DNA of 53,298 nucleotides from a virus (Duplodnaviria; Heunggongvirae; Uroviricota; Caudoviricetes): IMG/VR virus record IMGVR_UViG_2558860170_000008; one strand, 5' to 3'. Shown piece by piece: positions 49,416 to 53,298 of this stretch (position 1 is its first letter; each line of letters starts with the position of its first letter). The notes under the pieces were generated by a model. It saw only the letters and a program-made list of their open reading frames with translations, ran no database searches and was not told where the DNA came from. The position numbers and the translations under genes were made by a program.

Positions 49416-49676
49416 ATGGATCAGGAAATGACGTTTTCACTCAGCTATGAACAACTGACCCGGTTTGCGGAAAAACGCATCCGGGAATGCAATCTGGACA
49501 GCCACGGCGTAACTTATCTCTGCGAGTCAGCCAAAGCCGGAGCCGTGCTGATCTTCTGGCATGAACTGGCCATAAATGGCTATACCTCAATGAATGCCAT
49601 AAAGAGACAGGAGATCATTGACGCCGACCATCAGCGCCTCAGAAAGCTCATCTGGCCGGAGGATGACTGGAAATGA
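49416..49676 (+). CDS. Hypothetical protein, first gene of a two-gene operon
   Basis: 86-aa ORF whose stop overlaps the next start by 4 bp. Confidence 0.4.
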   Translation: MDQEMTFSLSYEQLTRFAEKRIRECNLDSHGVTYLCESAKAGAVLIFWHELAINGYTSMNAIKRQEIIDADHQRLRKLIWPEDDWK

Positions 49677-50263
49677 CTCAGAGCCGCCGACCGTCGCCAC
49701 TGCAGCGGAGAGTGCTGATTGTGCTGGCTGCCCTTGATGAAAAACGGCCAGGACCCGTGCTGACGCGGGACATAGAACGGGTGCTGGAGCAAAGCGGGGA
49801 AGCCCCGGTCTACGGGCCAAACCTGCGCGCCTCCTGCCGTCGTCTGGAGGATGCCGGCTGGCTGCGTACCCTGCGCGCTCCGAACCTGCAGCTGGCAGTG
49901 GAGCTGACGGACGCCGGCCGGGCCGTGGCACAGCCTCTGCTGCTGGCAGAACAGGACCGCATCCGGGCAGAACAGCGTGCGGCAGAAGTCGTCGTACTGC
50001 CGCTGGTCCCGGCAGCAGGTCTGCCCGCAGGCGGCACTTCTGCCACTGATCTGGCGGTGGAGCTGAACGGCATAACGTATCAGGCCTGCCGTGGGGATTT
50101 TGTGGTGCGTCTCGACGGCAGCACCTGTCTGCAGTTATGGAATAAAGAAGGCTGGGTGGTACGCCGGGAGGGCGATCCGCTGGAAGTGGCGCAGTGGCTG
50201 CAGGCCTGTCACGATGCAGGAATGGAGGTTCGCGTACAGATAAATGAAAGTGCCGCTCCGTAA
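49673..50263 (+). CDS. Hypothetical GC-rich protein with N-terminal winged-helix-like region
   Basis: 196-aa ORF, ATG start; Arg/Ala-rich N-terminus. Confidence 0.5.
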   Translation: MTQSRRPSPLQRRVLIVLAALDEKRPGPVLTRDIERVLEQSGEAPVYGPNLRASCRRLEDAGWLRTLRAPNLQLAVELTDAGRAVAQPLLLAEQDRIRAEQRAAEVVVLPLVPAAGLPAGGTSATDLAVELNGITYQACRGDFVVRLDGSTCLQLWNKEGWVVRREGDPLEVAQWLQACHDAGMEVRVQINESAAP

Positions 50264-50282
50264 GAACACGCCTGTGCACGGT

Positions 50283-50630
50283 TTACACATCATCCCATGG
50301 TGGCAGTCGGTTAACTTTCCTGCGCCACCAGTGGAAAGAGGCCATGAGCAGTCCGGACAAAAAACCCCCCGTGATACTTATAATAATGGCCTCACCTGCC
50401 ACCATTCCTGACGGCCCCCAGTAGATAAACCACATTGCACATCCCCAGGAAATGCCCCATAAGCCCCCCGTCAGCACCGTGACCTGCCAGAACGGCATAA
50501 AGGGTAATGGCGGAAGCCGGATACCCAGCCGCCAGAGAATACGCAGAAGAGGAGGGGCATAATTGCTCCGCCACATCTTTTTGCTGTCCATCAGGGCAAT
50601 GGCCCGGGCTTTTTTCTGCTCAAAAGTCAC
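50283..50630 (-). CDS. Hypothetical integral membrane protein
   Basis: 115-aa ORF with two or three hydrophobic, Trp/Gly-rich segments. Confidence 0.5.
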   Translation of the reverse strand: MTFEQKKARAIALMDSKKMWRSNYAPPLLRILWRLGIRLPPLPFMPFWQVTVLTGGLWGISWGCAMWFIYWGPSGMVAGEAIIISITGGFLSGLLMASFHWWRRKVNRLPPWDDV

Positions 50631-50758
50631 AGGAGCACCTCCGTTCCATGATGTAAACGTGACACAGCTTATTGTTATTGATTATTATTATCATGCTGTG
50701 GTTATGTTGTCATGCATCAGTACACTGACAAAAGTGCAAAAGAAAGGAAAACTGGCAG

Positions 50759-50956
50759 ATGAACAGAAAATATTATTTTAATAATATGTGGTGGGGATGG
50801 GTGACGGGAGGATATATGCTGTATATGTCATGGGATTATGATTTTAAATACAGATTACTGTTCTGGTGTATTTCTCTCTGCGGAATGGTTTTGTATCCGG
50901 TTGCAAAATGGTATATTGAAGATACAGCTCTGAAATTTACCCGGCCTGATTTCTAG
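50759..50956 (+). CDS. Small Trp-rich membrane peptide (65 aa) in a low-GC island
   Basis: MNRKYYFNNMWWGWVTGGYMLYMSWDYDFKYRLLFWCISLCGMVLYPVAKWY...; ATG start. Confidence 0.45.
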   Translation: MNRKYYFNNMWWGWVTGGYMLYMSWDYDFKYRLLFWCISLCGMVLYPVAKWYIEDTALKFTRPDF

Positions 50957-51076
50957 AACAGCGGTTTTTTTGCTGATACACCTGGAAAAATGGGATTGCT
51001 TGCTGTTTATACGGGTACTGTTTTCATATTATCTCTTCCGTTAAGTATGATATATATTCTTTCTGTTATTATAAAA

Positions 51077-51110
51077 AGGCTGTCTGTAAGATAGACAGCC
51101 TGTCTTATAT
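51077..51110. terminator. Hairpin AGGCTGTCT-N7-AGACAGCCT flanked by A- and T-runs; bidirectional terminator candidate
   Basis: Seen directly, immediately downstream of the minus-strand gene ending at 51112. Confidence 0.5.
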
Positions 51111-51111
51111 T

Positions 51112-51321
51112 TTATTTAAATACCCCAGAACTTATGCCACAAGAATTATCTAAAAGTTGCCGTTCTACTCCGTTAGTTTGTAGTTCTATCATAGTCTTAT
51201 TAACTCGATCACGAGGTCTGTATGACGGGGAAGCTTGCGCTGTAAGATTATATGATAATGCACATATTGTAATGATAGTTGTTTTTATCTTTGTGTTTAA
51301 TGTGAAAATTTTATAAAGCAT
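51112..51321 (-). CDS. Small secreted protein (69 aa) with Sec-type signal peptide
   Basis: MLYKIFTLNTKIKTTIITICALSYNLTAQA then a polar 39-aa mature part containing one Cys. Confidence 0.45.
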   Translation of the reverse strand: MLYKIFTLNTKIKTTIITICALSYNLTAQASPSYRPRDRVNKTMIELQTNGVERQLLDNSCGISSGVFK

Positions 51322-51353
51322 ATAATGTTCCCTATTTTTATTTTGTTTATAAT

Positions 51354-51524
51354 TTATTGGTTGTATGTTAAATCTATCATAAGTCTAATGATTAAAATGG
51401 TTAGTGGTGTCAGGATTAGTGAAAATAAAGGATGTAATATGCTATTCTTTCTCTGTAAGTACTTGAGAATACTAAACCATAGTACAAGAACGATTATGTA
51501 CATGTAGTGAGAATTGGAAAACAT
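51354..51524 (-). CDS. Small hydrophobic protein (~56 aa, two predicted membrane segments); below the ORF-track size cutoff
   Basis: My own translation of the minus strand: MFSNSHYMYIIVLVLWFSILKYLQRKNSILHPLFSLILTPLTILIIRLMIDLTYNQ; weak GGAAG Shine-Dalgarno. Confidence 0.3.
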   Translation of the reverse strand: MFSNSHYMYIIVLVLWFSILKYLQRKNSILHPLFSLILTPLTILIIRLMIDLTYNQ

Positions 51525-51811
51525 AGTTTCTTCCCGTGTTAATGAGAGTATGTGTTTTTATGTGGGGATATGTACACCCCATATAGATGTATTATGTTAT
51601 ATTTATAATATACCTCGGCAAAATAAAAGGATTGTTATAGAAATAGGGAAGCTATAAAAAAGCTTATATTAAGGTCTGTTTTCTTCTTAGAAAAATAATT
51701 CTTTGTTCTAATTATTATAGATGTAATCCCCCAAACAATAAAAAGAATGGAGCTGCTTGTAATTATTTGATATATCAAAATTGTTTTCCTCTATTTTTGT
51801 GTAGATAGATG

Positions 51812-51889
51812 TTAATGGCACTGGGTGCAATCAATTAAGAAAATTGACGCCAGACTAATTATTAATAATCCAGTTATCTTTTTATTCAT
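51812..51889 (-). CDS. 25-codon hydrophobic peptide ORF with a strong Shine-Dalgarno
   Basis: AAGGAG-N7-ATG then MNKKITGLLIISLASIFLIDCTQCH; my own translation. Confidence 0.25.
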   Translation of the reverse strand: MNKKITGLLIISLASIFLIDCTQCH

Positions 51890-52731
51890 ATCATCTCCTT
51901 TCCATTGGTTAATTTATCGGAAATTCATCCCCACTAACTAAAACGATCCACACAATAAAACTAAATCTAATTGCAGGCAATCAATTCCAGTCGATATATC
52001 ATCTGTATGGAAATCATCGCTCATCACTCATCGCAGCCTGAAAGCCCAGAGCAACGGGGCAGGTCTGCATATAAGTGGTTACACGGCAGAATTCCAGAGG
52101 GTTCTGTCACTAAATTCAGTCACTGACAAATTTGCATGATGTTGAATAGACGAGATTTTGTGTCGAAATAGTTGTTTCAGTAACTGTCACTCAATCGGTG
52201 GTTTATGTGACTATATTCGCAAAAACTGGTCGCAGAAAAGTCCTGTTTTCAGCTTGGAAACCCGGTAATCAGAATAATGGATAGGGGAACAAAAATCTCT
52301 GTATAGAACGCTCCATTGAGGGAGAGAAAACGTGTCATTTTGACCCGTTCGGTATTCAGAACACACAAAACCGATCGCGGGTCGCTTTCGTGCATAGTTA
52401 TGCAACGCGCTAAAAACGATTCTGACGCATTTTTTATGTTTACCCTGTTTTTTCTTGTCTTTTTGAGTTTTTTGCGTCAGAGAGCGTCTGAGAGGGCACG
52501 TACAACGGGAGTTATGGTAAATGGATCGGGTTTTCGGGAAGGTTCGACAGGATTTGCCGTTGGGTGTAGTGTAAGCGACTGAAAAACAAACGCCCCTGAA
52601 ATCATGTCCAGATCCGGCAGAACCAGCCTCATGCGCAGTTCTGGCTGGTTTTTGACGTTGATCGCGAGGGGGCAGCGATTGACTGGAGCGACCGGAACGC
52701 TCCCGCGCCGAACATCACCGTAAAAAATCCT

Positions 52732-53298
52732 GTGAACGGTCATGCTCACCTGCTCTACGCGCTCAATATCGCCGTGAGAACCGCGCCGGACAGCTCGGTT
52801 AAGGCGCTGAAATACGCCGCTGCGATTGAACGTTCGCTGTGTGAGAAACTTTGTGCTGATGTGAACTACAGCGGACTGATTTGTAAAAATCCGTTCCACC
52901 TGGAATGGCAGGTGATGGAGTGGCGAGAGGAAGCCTATACCCTCGATGAACTGGCTGATTATCTCGATTTGAGCGCCTCAGCGCGCCGTAGCATCGATAA
53001 ACATTACGGGATGGGGCGAAACTGCCACCTGTTCGAAATGACGCGCAAATGGGCTTACAGGGCGATTCGTCAGGGCTGGCCCGAATTCTCACAGTGGCTT
53101 GATGCCGTGATTCAGCGTGTCGAAATGTACAACGCATCGCTTCCCGTTCCGCTTTCACCGCCTGAATGTCGGGCTATTGGCAAGAGCATTGCGAAATACA
53201 CGCACAGGAACTTCACGCCGGAAACTTTCGCACAGTATGTGGCTGATACGCACACATTAACGTACGTTTTCGTTCCATTGGCCCTCACCCCCCGATAA
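52732..53298 (+). CDS. Plasmid-type replication initiation protein homolog (Rep/primase-like); runs off the window end; 5' region apparently disrupted
   Basis: ...NGHAHLLYALNIAVRTAPDSSVKALKYAAAIERSLCEKL...GRNCHLFEMTRKWAYRAI...; the conserved-looking segment QFWLVFDVDREGAAIDWSDRNAPAPNITVKNP continues in frame upstream to ~52612 with no start codon, preceded by a stop. Confidence 0.5.
   Translation: MNGHAHLLYALNIAVRTAPDSSVKALKYAAAIERSLCEKLCADVNYSGLICKNPFHLEWQVMEWREEAYTLDELADYLDLSASARRSIDKHYGMGRNCHLFEMTRKWAYRAIRQGWPEFSQWLDAVIQRVEMYNASLPVPLSPPECRAIGKSIAKYTHRNFTPETFAQYVADTHTLTYVFVPLALTPR

Overview
This window reads as a Shigella/EIEC-type accessory chromosomal region built from four nested or adjacent mobile layers. 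(1) Positions 1..4072: the edge of a degraded lambdoid prophage remnant carrying a Pin-like invertase (partial), an ipaH-family effector gene with an MxiE-box-like palindrome upstream, and tail-fibre-region debris. (2) Positions ~4073..43080: a ~39 kb Mu-like transposable prophage, in inverted orientation relative to the conventional Mu map. From high to low coordinates it runs repressor c (+), ner, A and B transposition genes, a semi-essential early region with Gam, Mor/C-like activator, a lysis cassette, terminase, portal, head, tail and baseplate genes, tail fibre S, a Gin-type invertible segment with 70-bp inverted repeats, gin, a cargo block with a NanS-p-like esterase, then com/mom. It is flanked by a 10-bp direct repeat and sits inside a side-tail-fibre (stf) gene fragment. 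(3) Positions ~43730..49372: an IS nest, comprising a defective IS66-family element with IS600 inserted in its tnpA (3-bp AGC duplication) and an internally deleted tnpC, an IS110-family transposase, and an IS629 copy whose orfB is frameshifted. (4) Positions 49373..53298: a plasmid-like block with a GC-rich two-gene operon, a low-GC island of very small membrane/secreted-peptide ORFs, and a Rep-like gene running off the window end. All calls come from reading the translations and DNA directly; no database search was run. Product names rest on remembered family signatures, and coordinates of motifs I located by eye may be off by 1-2 bp. The candidates I would rank highest for novelty are the low-GC small-ORF island next to the Rep-like gene, the low-GC three-gene insert in the prophage early region, and the asymmetric invertible tail-fibre segment.
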